64,000 bases of DNA from Tubulanus polymorphus (lineage: Eukaryota; Animalia; Nemertea), in NCBI RefSeq assembly GCF_964204645.1, contig NC_134036.1:2046001-2110000 (forward strand), in the 5' to 3' direction. Within the stretch, counting starts at the first letter, position 1, and every line of letters starts with the position of its first letter. Shown in pieces: positions 51,791-64,000 of this stretch. The position numbers were made by a program, and so were the translations under genes. The notes beneath the pieces were generated by a model, which ran no database searches, had not been told where the DNA came from, and saw only the letters and a list, made by a program, of their open reading frames with translations.

Positions 51791-54700
51791 GGTCATGGAT
51801 GGAGAGAGCGAGAGGGAGAGATAGGCGGAGAGAGTGGTGAAGCCTTCCAAAATCTCGTCTCTCGTCTGCCATTCCTCGGGGGAAGCTATAATTACCTGTT
51901 TGCTTGGCGAGATCGACCAGGCGAATCAAAATGCCTAACTAGCCGTTTCAAATCTCCTACCGAACGCGAAGCCATAACAACTACTCCGGGAGTAGCAGCT
52001 AACACACGTCTTCTTATCTTACATAGACTTATCCGGTCTTACCACCTCTTACCGAGCGGCAAGGAAGATGTTAGCCGATTTGTGTAATACGTCATCACAA
52101 TTAGGGCGATTAGATTTTCGTTTGTAAGGCTTTCCTTTTTTTCGCTGTTGTTTTTGTCGGAGGTATTTGAATAACATCGGAAACAATGCGACTTCGGTAG
52201 GTGGCGCCACTGACCTGGGGAAATTCGGGGAATTATGACCAATTTTACCAAAAAAACAGGAAAACTCTTTTCACCTATTTCCAAACTCTTACTTTGAAAT
52301 ATTATCATCCATCTTTTTCCCCGAACTCCCAACCAGCTAACCAACTTCAAGAACTTTTTTCTCCATTTCCTCCGCTAACACTAAGCGTAATAGAGTCAGA
52401 ATATGCTGATTCTCTTTATTTGAATTTTCACATTTTTTAATATCAATAATTTTGCAACAGAGTTTATCGAGAATGAAAAGGTCACGCGCGCGCTCGACAC
52501 CTAATTATGGTAATTGTACACGCCATCGGAAAACTCCAGGCTCTGGGGATTAGAATTGAGCGTCGACCCTCCGAGATTGTAGCGGCAGGTGATTTTATTG
52601 TTCAAATGTCATCGACGTCGTTTCTTATCGGTTCAAAAACCGTTGACAGATCTAATTTGAATATGGATATCAAATTCGAGAAAGATAAAAATCCACCCGC
52701 GCGACGCGCATCTGAATTTTCGTCGAAAAGCAATTTTCGATTTGAAAAAGTTATCATCGTCACCACCACATCGAGGTTGAGTGGTCGAGTAAATCAGGAA
52801 TTTCTTTTCAAAATTGATATTTCAAATTCGCAGAAACGAAATCTCAAATTAACGGCACCAGGCACTCACCATTTCACCATACTCGATCGAGAGAGGCGGA
52901 ATGCGTGTCGGGAGAATACGTTAATTTGAAATTCAAAATCATCCGTCAACAGCAACCACCGCATAAGTGCGTAACGGGCATGCGAAATACGAAATTCGAA
53001 AATAACCGTCAACTCTGTGTCAACCGTCGCGGTGGTCTTATCACGTTCGCGTGAATTCCCGCGAGATCTCGTCGGATAACGCGACAGGCGACGAGAGTTC
53101 GGGTATTTAAAAATTGATCGTTCTCCCTCTCTTTCTCGACTGGGAACGAAGATCGTATCTCGATAATCTGTCAAAACCGACCAACGACATTCGACAAACG
53201 ACGAACGATTCTCGTCGTAAGCAAGTCGTAAAATGGCGGCGAAGGAGGAATGTCGCTTATTGAGAGACCTGATTGTAAAATCAAATATTAAATCACTTTA
53301 CACCGAATTTTCTGCCGTTTGAATATGGAAAAGGAACATTAACGTAACGTAAGCGTTTTGCCGAAACTACGTTGGAACACGTTAACGTTGTGTGTCGACG
53401 TGACGTTGAAACGTTAGACGTTTGTTTACGTCGAGAAGTTATGAAACGTCGGGCGCGAGTTTACGACCGTAGTTTACGCTACGAAAACGTCGTATAATCC
53501 AGCGCAATCTTTACGTAAACGTGACTTGAATTGTTGAACAACGTAAAAAAAAATGAAGTGTTCAACGTTCAACGTAAAGTTCGACAATACGGATACATTG
53601 TAGAGGTAGCGCCATCTATTGTGGCGCTTTAAAGTTGCTGTACATCTGATTCATACAAGCAGCCATCTTTTCATGAAGGTTCTACAAAACAAAATGAGTC
53701 GGGATGTGACGTCATAGAAAGGGAATGAATGGAGGAAGCGCCATCTATTGTCGTAACTATAAAGTTGCCGTAAAGTTGATCGTTCAGAAAACGAAAACTG
53801 AGAATCAGAAAAAAGTAACACGAACGAGAAACGGAGCTGTAAATCATCGCAGACGATTTCGATTAGAATTAGGTCTTTGGCAAATAGCGATGAAACGGCC
53901 GCCATTTTTCATTTCGTTTGGTATTTACGATGTTTACCGAACGTGCCCGACACGACATCGATATCTCATCGGACGATCATCGTTACTATCGCCCTCTAGC
54001 GCCAAATCCGCTTAGATTTATGATTAGGTCAACAACGGCTTTTACCAGCCGACATAAATCACCGTCTGCGCCCTTCCCCCTCCGCCCCTACACGCAGACG
54101 AGACCCCCCTCTCCCCAAACACCAGACCTAATATTTACCCGAAATATCAGACGAACGAAATCTCGCGCTAAATCACGTACACTAACAAACGAACGAGATT
54201 CGGAACTGCGGCGACGTGTGATTTTATAACGTTTCTTAACGGCTCAATTCCGTGACGACATACGTACAGCGCACGTAACGTTAGCGTTAACGTCAACATT
54301 TCCGACGTTAAGAAACGTTAACGTCAAAACTTGGTAACTTTCGGCGTTATTTATGATCGTTTTCTGACATTTCGTGATTTTTTTTTAAATTGTTGCAAGG
54401 GTCGTTAGGCGTTTGTTGAAAGTCGTTTGTTGTAAGTCTATTGTTGGACGTCTTATGCCGAAAATCGGATGAACCATTGTTGGCGGCGTTTGTTGCTCGA
54501 TTCTCGACGAGGAACCGGAACCGGACGCGCGGTCAATCTTTACTCGTAACGGCGTTTCGTAGCAACGTCGATACGGGTCGATCGTAAAATACAGAAAACG
54601 GCATCCGAAACGTCAATTTTGTTTCGACCGTGTCCAGAGTAAACAAACGAAACGTCGATTGCTGTTGAATATTTGATGACGGAATCGATGGCGAATTCGT

Positions 54701-55349
54701 GCTTAAAACAAACACACTGCCCCCTATTAGTACAAACAAACGCAGGCGTTTCCAGTGTCCTCTGTGTCAAATGCCAAAGGACCCTGTCTGGCAAACATAC
54801 AAAGGGGATTATAATCCCCAGTTTTGTTTAATGCCAAAAGGACCTTGTTTGGCAAAGGGGATTTCACTGCGCCTTTTCTAAATGCCAAAAGGACCGATGA
54901 CCCTATGGCCGATTTTTGTCTCCTGCTAAGTAAAATAAGAAACATCTTTTTCACCAAATTTTATTGGACCCATTGCAGAACCACAGCACGATTCCGCGGC
55001 AACATCAAAATCATTATAACAGTGGGAGCCGTTACGCCGCGTCGGTTATTTTGAAATTCAAATTTTGACTTCATGCCGCGATATGATGAATACGAAGGCT
55101 GCACAGTCAGGCAGGTACTAGCACCAGTAGCAGCAGCAGTAACAGGAGCACCGCGGTGTTGCAGCATTTATCTTCATCAGAGGCGAGATAGTTATGACAG
55201 CTAGTTGTAATAGATCGACTCTAACAGCGAATAAACATGCATTGAAAACCACAAAGCTACAAACCGTTTCACCTGCATTTTTATTAAGTCACCAACTGTG
55301 AGTTGTCAAGAATAATGTCTTGTGCGGGGCACTTCTCAGTGCATGGGTC

Positions 55350-55600
55350 ATCCGTGTGGGTGGGTCAACTTTCTGTTGATGGCCCATCCTTCTGTGGTTG
55401 GGTCAACATTCTGTTAGTGGCCCATCCTTCTGTGGTTAGTCAACTTTCTGTTGGTGGCCCATCCTTCTGTGGTTGGTCAACTTTCTGTTGGTGGCCCATT
55501 CTTCTGTGGTTGGGCCAATTATCTTGGATTTGGCCATCCATTTGTGGTTGGGTCATGTTGGTGGGTCATCCTTTTGTGGCTGGGTCCTGTTGGTGGCATA
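55350..55600. repeat. ~38-bp minisatellite
   Basis: TGGCCCATCCTTCTGTGGTTGGTCAACTTTCTGTTGG units. Confidence 0.85.
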
Positions 55601-55647
55601 TCCCAATTTCTTGGTAACGCCACTAGGATGAAAAGGAATGCTATGTA

Positions 55648-55946
55648 TGCCCTACTATGGGATGCCCTACTATGGGAATGCTCCCCTATGGGATGCTGCT
55701 CCGGAAGGAAAGCCCCCACTATGGGATGCTGTTCCAAAGGGAATGCTCCACTGTGGGATCATGCTCCGGAAGGTATGCCCCACTATGGGATGCTGTTCCA
55801 AAGGGAATGCTCCCCTATGGGATGCTGTTCCAGAAGGTATGCCCCACAATGGGATGCTGCTCCAGAAGGTATGCCCCACAATGGGATGCTGCTCCAGAAG
55901 GTATGCTCCACTACAGGATGTTGCTCCAAAAGGAATGCTCCACTAC
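55648..55946. repeat. ~32-bp minisatellite
   Basis: ATGGGATGCTG[C/T]TCCA[G/A]AAGG.ATGC.CC.C. units. Confidence 0.9.
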
Positions 55947-58900
55947 CGCTATATTATATAACCACAATGTGCTCTAGTTAGTGACTGTGACGATGAAGAG
56001 GATATTGTGATAAACCGCTTCCTAAATGTCAAAAGCATTGATTAAACTTATTCCCGCTAATTTGAGCTGTATCCCTGGTTATTACTCGAGGATTAAACGA
56101 AACGCCGATACGATAGATATAATACCGGGTTGTTGAAAAAATAGCTTTCGAAAGAGGTGCGCGCGAGATTAAATTTTCAAATTAATTCTCTCGCCGTCGC
56201 TGTTCTCAAATACCCGCCGGTCCCGAACAGCGAGGAGTAAAAGAAGCGAGAATTGCAATTAACAATCTGGGATTGTAGCCCCGGGAGACATCGACACCGT
56301 CATAGGTACCACCGTGTCTGCACGTGGTGGGCGTCGGGTGGCTCCGATAGTAGACAGAGGGGTGAGAGAGGGGATGTGAAAAAGGATCTGATTCTGAGAG
56401 GGGTGCATCCCTATGATTAAAAGGGCACCTGCAAAGAAAGCTCATCGCAATCATTATCTTACGGAAATATAGAGAACAGGAATGCAGGAATTTAGAATTT
56501 GATAGATAGCAGTGTACTATTTTTCATTTTATCGTTAAACTTCAAGGTAACTTGACATTTTACACGGCACCTCTTGCACTCCAACCTTGGATCCGTCCCC
56601 GCGATGGACTGCTTGAAGTTGCCTGTTCTTACTGGTGCTTTGCAGACCTGCGTCAGTTATGTACAAAGGCAGAAAAAAGACAGAAAATAAGGGGATAGTT
56701 GCTTCCAGACATAGCAGAGAAGATAAGGCAGGTAATTAACAAATTACCGAGAAAACGACACTACGCTGCTAGGGGTATGATCGTTGCTATTGTAACCGTT
56801 ATAACAATACGCAGTCGTTAGAATTTCGAAAGTTTTAATTGAAATATTGCACGCGCGAGACTCCGGGAGGCGGTTGGAAGGAAGCAAATCAGAAATGTCA
56901 GATTAAGTTTTTAATTACAGAAGGTACGTCAGGTTTGAATCAGGTGTGGTCTCAGGTGTGGTGGTGAACTTTATTCAACCGAAAGTCGGTAATAGCGATA
57001 ACTATATAAATCTCATTTTCTCAGGAGTGTCAAAGTGTCCATTGACAAGAAAGTTAACTTGATCATACCATCTCATCAGGTGAGGTGATATCCCTCAGTC
57101 AGGTCTTTCATAAACCTCATTTTTTAAAAAGCAAAAAGAAACGTTTATTAATACTATATTTTCCTCACCAGAAGAGGTGATATCCCCACATCGGATGAGG
57201 TAATATTCCCTCATTGGATCAGGTAATATCCCCCATATCAAGAGAATTGATATTTGAACATCAGGTGAGGTGATATCACCCTGAAAAGCGAAATATATCT
57301 TACATGAACCTCATTTTCTAAATGCAAAAGAAAGTTTGATTAACACTAACTTGTTCTGGGTCACCAGGAGACTGGTGGTGGAATACATGTGAATCAAGTA
57401 ATGAAAAAGGCGGGTGAACAATAGGTGTTCGGAAAATAGATATCTAAAACGAATTGCTCATAATATATAAGAGACATATCACGTGTGGGGTCGCTAGAGA
57501 AACAAGACAAATGTAAAACAATATGTCCAAGAGGTTGTCAAGCAAGCGATGCGTGACGTAATTTGACATGTAACGGCTATAACTATAGAGTTACGAGGCA
57601 ACGCCTGGATGAGTTTGTAAGCCATTTCGATGTCTGGCACGGCGCTGTATCGTCTGCTAAGTAGCATCGGAGGATGACTTTATTTAGAAGTCTTCGGGGC
57701 ATCGTTTCATCATGATATTGATACCGGGCTTGAGCGCCACTCGGCCTTATCTGAAATGGACCAAAGATGAGTATCTGGTATATCTGGATCAAGGTCCTAC
57801 CGGTAGATCAAGATGGGGTACAAACTATGAACTTGTATGAAGTTCCCAAGGAAGGATTAGAATAAAAGACGGATATAGACTTTATAAAGACGGATTTATC
57901 CCACTAGTTCCACTGCTAGATCTGGATTACGATCGGGCCAGACTACTTGTCAAAATATCCTAATGGCAATCGAGCTTTGAAACTGGAAATAGCTGAGCTT
58001 GCCAAAATGGTAAAATGAATAGAATCAAAATGCATTTGGCCTGGGATCCAAAACCGCAGATACACTTGAGCTTGGAATAAATGGCCCTAGTGTCAGAAGT
58101 GGTATGCTAACATCAAGACTGTGACTTCGCATGCAAAACCAAATTGGTACAGAATTCACTCTTGATTATTTGCCAATAGATTTACAAGTGAATGTACTTT
58201 AAGTCGAGGCTCCTGTCGAAGTAAAGGAATAGACGAGGTTCTGAGTCATGTCTCTGTATCACTGTTTAAAACGGTCCCCGCGGGCGCAAGGTAATAACAT
58301 CACCGTGTATTATCATCTCGGCGTCCACCACATCTCATAAACACGTCAACCTAAAGTAAGATTAACAAAACTCTCGGGATTAAACAGGGAGTAAATATAA
58401 TCACTATCCCTCCAGCGACAGGAGGATAGTTCACCGATAGCTAGCTATCTCACATTGATGATGTCATAGGGGGATTAATCCAGCCACTCATCCCTCTGGG
58501 AGTGCCTATGTACCGCCAAATCACTTTGATGATGTCATAGGGGGATTCATGCAGACACTCATCCTTCCTGGCAGTGTCTACAAACCACCAAATCACTTCA
58601 AGGATGTCATAGGAAGATCTATGGGGATAGCCAGCTTTTCTAGAAGGCTCATCGCTACTTCAAGTTGGTGATGGAGGGATTTATCCAGTAACTCATCCCT
58701 CCTGGGAGTGTCTATAAACCACCAAATCACTTCGATGATGTCATAGGAAGATCTATGGTGATAGCCATCTTTTCTAGAAGGCTCATCGCCACTTCAAGTT
58801 GGTGACGTCATGGGAAAGTTTATGGGGACAGACATTTTTTCTAGAAACACCTATAGATTAATATGATGATGTCATAGGGAGACTAATGAAAACAGTCGTA

Positions 58901-61900
58901 TCTTCTAGATATATCTATATTTGATGATGTCATAGGGGGATAAAGACAACTACCTTTTCTAGAAGGGACGTTAATGATCAATTCGATGATGTCATAGGGG
59001 GATGGATGGAGATAGCCACCAATTCGACGACGTCGTGAGGAAATTTATGGTAGCAGCCATTTTTTCCTAGCCATATAAGATAAATGGAGGCGCCGTTTCA
59101 TGTTGCAATCATTATTAGTAAAAAAAATCTAACGTCGCATTGCGCGGCGATTTAAACCCGGGAAAACCTTATTAACGTAAAACCCATTATGATTAACGTC
59201 GTTTCTATGACGGCTATATCTCTCGACAATATCTCTGGTAACGCTGTCGTCAAGGATTACATACGCTGCGACGGATTACGTGGCACGACGTAAACGTGTA
59301 ATCCGCACTGATTATTACCTGAATACGTAACGTAAAAAACGTAAACATAAAAAAATTTCAACGATAAATCACGTGATAGTGAATTGGCCAATTACATCAT
59401 CGAACTGATGTGATGAGCTTTCTAGAAATATGTCCGCCTCCATTGAACCCCTAATGACGTCATTTAATCGATATTTAGATATAGATCCTTTCTAAAAATG
59501 TCGGTCTCTACAAAAACCCTTATGACGTCATGAAATTGATGCGATTCAACAAAGATGCCCGTTTCCGTAACACGCTCTATGACGTCATCGAATTGGTGTC
59601 GTGACTAGATCGTGACTAAATGCTAACTATGACGTCATTAAAATGAAAGCTATTCCAAACGTAAATGAAATTATCGAAAAACTGGGGAAGATTCTAAATG
59701 AAATTCGAATCTAATAATATTGGAAGAACACGACTTGTAATCATAGCGATAGTGTAATTAATGTAATCCAACCTGAATGTAGAGACCCATTCAAATCTCT
59801 TCTCCTGTAATTAATTTTTGTCGCGGGCATCAAATTGAGGGCTGTGTGATATTTACATAAATATTGCGAGGGTGTCGCAGGGACAGAGAGAGAGATAAGG
59901 TCATTTGAACTTTGTGTGAAATACAGCTTAGTAATTTTCTTAAAAGCACCAAACCAGGCGAGGAATCTTAACTTGTGCATGGCACCCCTTTAAAAAAAAA
60001 TAAAACCTGGAAAGAAATATTAACTTGTGCTTGGCACCCCTTCTAACTAACTCACCAACCTACTCTTGACCTGTGGCGCGAGCGATTCAAATTCTTCCAG
60101 TAACATTGTCAGATTCGTTTAAGTCAAATGTGTTTATTTCAAACACGAGGGACTTTCAAGTACAGCTCGAACCCCCTTGAACCATCACTACCTTCTGATT
60201 GCGAGCTAGATAATGAATTTACGGACTTCTAAGTTAATTGCCAAAGTTAAACCAATTCCTGTGACGTGTGTCACTTTTTTCCCCAATAAATTGTTTTAAT
60301 TTCAGCTGAAATTCACTTTTCAAACAAATTCGATTTTCTATTTTTAGAATAAAATTCTGAAGCTCTCTCGGTGTAACTAGTCCAGTTTCTTTTAATCATA
60401 TTTTCTAAACTAAGAGTTAATTAAGAAAAGTAATAAAATCCTCTAATTGAATAGAAACCTCCTTCATTGAGATTTAATTTAATTTTAACGAATCCAAGAA
60501 ATTCGACTTTTTCTACTTCCGACACTAAATAATCTCATCGTTCCATATCCTCACATAGAAAAAGGGCTAAATAAATGAATATGAAATTCAGGTCAGAATT
60601 GATCTTGATCTTGATTGGTCTTTACCGAATCCAAGATATTCGACTTTTTACTTTCAACTAAAAGGTCAACGTCCCAAAGCCTCAAACGCGCAAGACCCAA
60701 AAGGGTTATTCGCGTAACATGGAAATAGGGCTAAACAGACAAATAGAAAATTCTGGTCAGGCGAAATTTTACGACATCGTCGTTTCCTCGAGAGATATCC
60801 GAATTTTTAACTTGTCAACTTTCGAGACAAAATTTATTCGTTTGAGTTCGCGCGATTTTATTTATCCCCGCCTCTAGAGGAAGCGCGACGAATTACATCT
60901 AAAATTCATATATTCCTCCGCGAGTCGAGAAAAAATCCGCTCGCCATAAATTTTCAAAACTTCCACAAAATTACGACACCACACAAATATATCGTCGACG
61001 TCACGTGGTACACGCGTTGTTAGACCGAATTACGACAGTTGCACTTAATTTTACGACCTCGTTTGTCATCCGGGTCCTCGAGGGAACGCGATTAATTCGC
61101 GGTAATTTGACTGAAATTCATGTAAATAGTTCCGTTAATGTTTGACGCGAAGTAATTTGTTGTCGGGGCGTTATCGGGTAAATTGCCGTTTAATTTTTGA
61201 TTCATGCGCGCGCGTTATGAAGTTATCGGCGCAATCGAAATCGAATTCGTCAAATAAACTAAATTGCAATTCATTTGGAAATACAGACACGTAACGCAGT
61301 ATCGGATTTATCACGAGGGTGTTTCGTGCGATCCTCAAAATCCTTGCATCTCCTAAGACTTACTTAGATAGCGATAAACGCATTTTGAAAAAAGACACAA
61401 TTTTTGTTAAAAGCTTCCTAAACGTGTGCTTAACCTTGGAAATTTAAGTGGCAATTTTATCGACAATATTGTCGAGAGACATTAGGAGCACAGTTGCCCA
61501 TCCTCTTACAACAGATTTGCTCTTCATGAAAATTCTCAAGATCTTCAAGTAAGCCTACGTTTTCGAGACCTAAGTCTTAAAGTGGGCTTAAGTGATATTC
61601 AAGTAAGCCTACATTTTCGAGGCCTAAGTCTTAAATTGGGCTTAAGTCTTAGGACTGGTTTTAGGTTGTTACATAGAACTACAGTGGCATTAGACCGGTC
61701 TCAAACCTAAGCCTTGTCTGTAACCGGCCCTTGAACTCCAAGTCCACCAATCTGCCCTACATATTCAGATTGTTTTTTTTTCCTTTGTGGCTAAATTTTC
61801 CTCTAGGTCGTGAATTGTGTCATATTGCTAATTCAGAATGCATGCGCGCGCACCAGTGGAAACATCTCACGCAGACGACAAGAAATCCAAAGAAACACCG

Positions 61901-62744
61901 ATCGGAAAATAGCTACGAACATGGATATAATTTATGCCAAGCATGTCGAGTAAATACAGTCTAATTTAAGTCAACAATCGCGATGGCGCGCGGATCGAAA
62001 ATAAATTGTATGATTTATTCGGGACTCGAACCCGATCGGGAATGAGGAACACATTGAACCAGAATGCGAAACAATTACGATTAATACGAGCCGTTGTAAA
62101 AAATCGATATTGTTTATGGTTTTTGATGATTCGAAATTCGAATGAATGATGATCAAAAGGGAAATGCGGGACTCGAACATAAATGGGTGATTCATCAAAA
62201 TGTTGTTGACACAGTTCGTTCGCATTCAAAAATTCAAAAATACAACAATGGCGACCGCTGTTATAAAATGCACGACGCGCAGCACGCGTTATTGGCTTCA
62301 TAATTGAATTGTCGAGTCGTCAATGTCAAACAAAAATCGACTGCTGCGAACTGCGATTCAAATATCAATATTTATTCAAACGACAACAGACGCGGCGGTG
62401 GCGCCTAGCAGCAACGACAGCAACAACCGGAGAAATGGATTTTATGATGCGAAAATAAAGCGATGCGAATCGTATTTTAAATGGATTGTAATATCGGAAT
62501 TGTCGGCGCAATTGTCGATAAATATTTGATTTCGAATCAGTAAATACAAAAGGATAAACCGATTAAACCGTTAACTCCGCTCGTGTTTGTACAGATGGCG
62601 CTTTCGTCACCGGAAGTGGGGACACGCTCCTCAGGCTCTTGGGCAGTTTGGATCCAGATTCACAGAAAAGTCTTTTTAGTAATTAAATCTCCCATTTCTA
62701 GAGCCTCTTCGGATTTGATCTTCGTTAAAAAAGATTTTAGGAAA

Positions 62745-63090
62745 TTAAATATGGCCGCTATAGAGCCAAAATGATAAGATCATGGCGGCCCTTTACATTA
62801 AAAAGAAATCATTAAATTAAATTTGGCCGCAATAGAGCAAAAATGACTAGATCGTGAGCCTTAAGCGATAGAACCTTAAATATCGAGTACTTTTAGAAAT
62901 CAAATATGGCCGCAATAGAGCTATATTGATATTTGAGACATTATGTACGCATATTGAGAAGATAAACTCATCAAAATATTAAATATGGCCGCTATGTAGC
63001 TTAACTGACATTCATAACGACATCATTCACGCATTGTAATAAGATGAACATTTTGAGAAATCAAATATGGCCGCTGTATAGCTATAATTA
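62745..63090. repeat. Degenerate repeat with AAATATGGCCGC (YY1-like) core x~6
   Basis: Cores at ~62747, 62781, 62820, 62902, 62981 and 63063. Confidence 0.7.
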
Positions 63091-63458
63091 TATAACTATA
63101 AAGCTATTGATCGACAGTGGACCCCTATAAATTGAAGATGAATCTAATTTCTTTCCGGGGGCTGCAAACGTTAATGAAAATGTTTCCCGTCTCATGCGAT
63201 CTATGGCGACAACGTTAGGGTCAGAAACTGACCGTATATAACGTCATTTACGTTTCTGCGAACGTAACCAAGCGTTAACGTCGCGGAGAGTGAGGATACA
63301 GTGACGTTTATTGCCTATCAGTAACGCTCCGTCGGATAAAACGAATAGAAGGAAAAATTGGGTTTTTTTTCTATTTTTCGTTCTTTTCGTGTCGAAGCTT
63401 CCCGATTAAGACTTTCTGATCTATGTCTCAAGAGAAAAATAACTGACCAAGAAAAAAA

Positions 63459-63812
63459 GGCGTCGATATTTCTGATAAAGAAAAACTCATGATATCTGCA
63501 GGTTTCTTGGGTGGAAATCACTCGAGCTATCTGATATCTAATATTGTTAAACGCTAAAATTAACTTATAAAAAGGTTAAGTGGTCAGAACTTTAGACAAC
63601 ACGTTACGTGTTCAGAATTACACCTCAGATTTTCACGTGGCGTCGATTTTTCAGATAAAAAATCCTATGGTATCTGCACGCTTTTTGGGTGATATCACAT
63701 GAGTCATCTCATATATCTGATATTGTTTAATGATATATCGCCTTTAAACGATACATAATAGTGGTCCGAACACATTAAGCTACACATTTAAGTGTTCAGA
63801 ATTTCACCTCAA
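63459..63812. repeat. ~180-bp tandem duplication
   Basis: GGCGTCGAT.TTTC.GATAAA at 63459 and 63639; GTGTTCAGAATT.CACCTCA at ~63608 and ~63792. Confidence 0.8.
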
Positions 63813-64000
63813 ATTTGTGGTTTAACATCTATTGGTAAAACCTTTTTTTTCATGAAACAGAGCCCAATAAACCTCGCCTAATCTAAACCTGAACCCACGA
63901 CTAGATTTCAAAGCTAAAACGGATGAATATCGAAGACTCAATTATACTCCATAGCACGGAATAATGATTAATTGCCGCTGTAGCTAATGACAATCTTCCA

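Larger units (their letters stand above)
37728..59640. repeat. Dispersed clusters of a ~60-70-bp repeat with AAGATGGC and TGACGTCA cores (the span is a range, not continuous)
   Basis: Clusters at ~37728-38010, 39790-40020, 41685-41910, 42820-42895, 44870-45160, 46065-46295, 47830-48070, 58455-59070 (inverted) and 59420-59640; also 32168-32290. Confidence 0.8.

Noticed and set aside
49409-51929. Repeated 60-86-aa ORFs
   Set aside because: These are translations of the 109-bp and 39-bp satellites.
48300-54229. ORFs of 97-151 aa in the large intron (48300, 48713, 52507, 52866, 53918)
   Set aside because: No recognisable motifs, no similarity to NPR ectodomain sequence and no consistent splice-phase chain.
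55303-55981. Cys/Met-rich ORFs resembling metallothionein or keratin-associated proteins
   Set aside because: Open in several frames on both strands because of stop-free 32- and 38-bp minisatellites.

Overview
Animal (invertebrate, probably spiralian; taxon is an inference) nuclear DNA, AT-rich and full of satellites. Two protein-coding loci are supported. (1) 186-~11530 (+): a ~4.6-kb tandem array with two intact two-exon copies (598 and 593 aa) and one 5'-truncated copy of an uncharacterised cytosolic protein. Its architecture is an unnamed N-terminal domain, a copy-number-variable 13-residue Cys-containing coiled-coil repeat and an NHL-like beta-propeller whose loops differ sharply between otherwise near-identical copies. 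Two units carry a downstream, still-open duplicate of the last ~65 codons. The array ends at a 1.3-kb element with ~470-bp terminal inverted repeats. (2) 24067-37046 (-): 18 coding exons (~970 codons) of a natriuretic-peptide-receptor-type membrane guanylyl cyclase. Its 5' exons lie beyond a >=27-kb intron running off the window. One intron of this gene contains an inverted copy of its own catalytic exon plus 5' splice site. The rest is mini/microsatellites, MITE-like palindromes, tRNA-derived SINE heads, a dispersed YY1/CRE-motif repeat, CTCF-like motif clusters and a possible spliced non-coding transcript. All alignments and counts were done by eye; no database searches were run.
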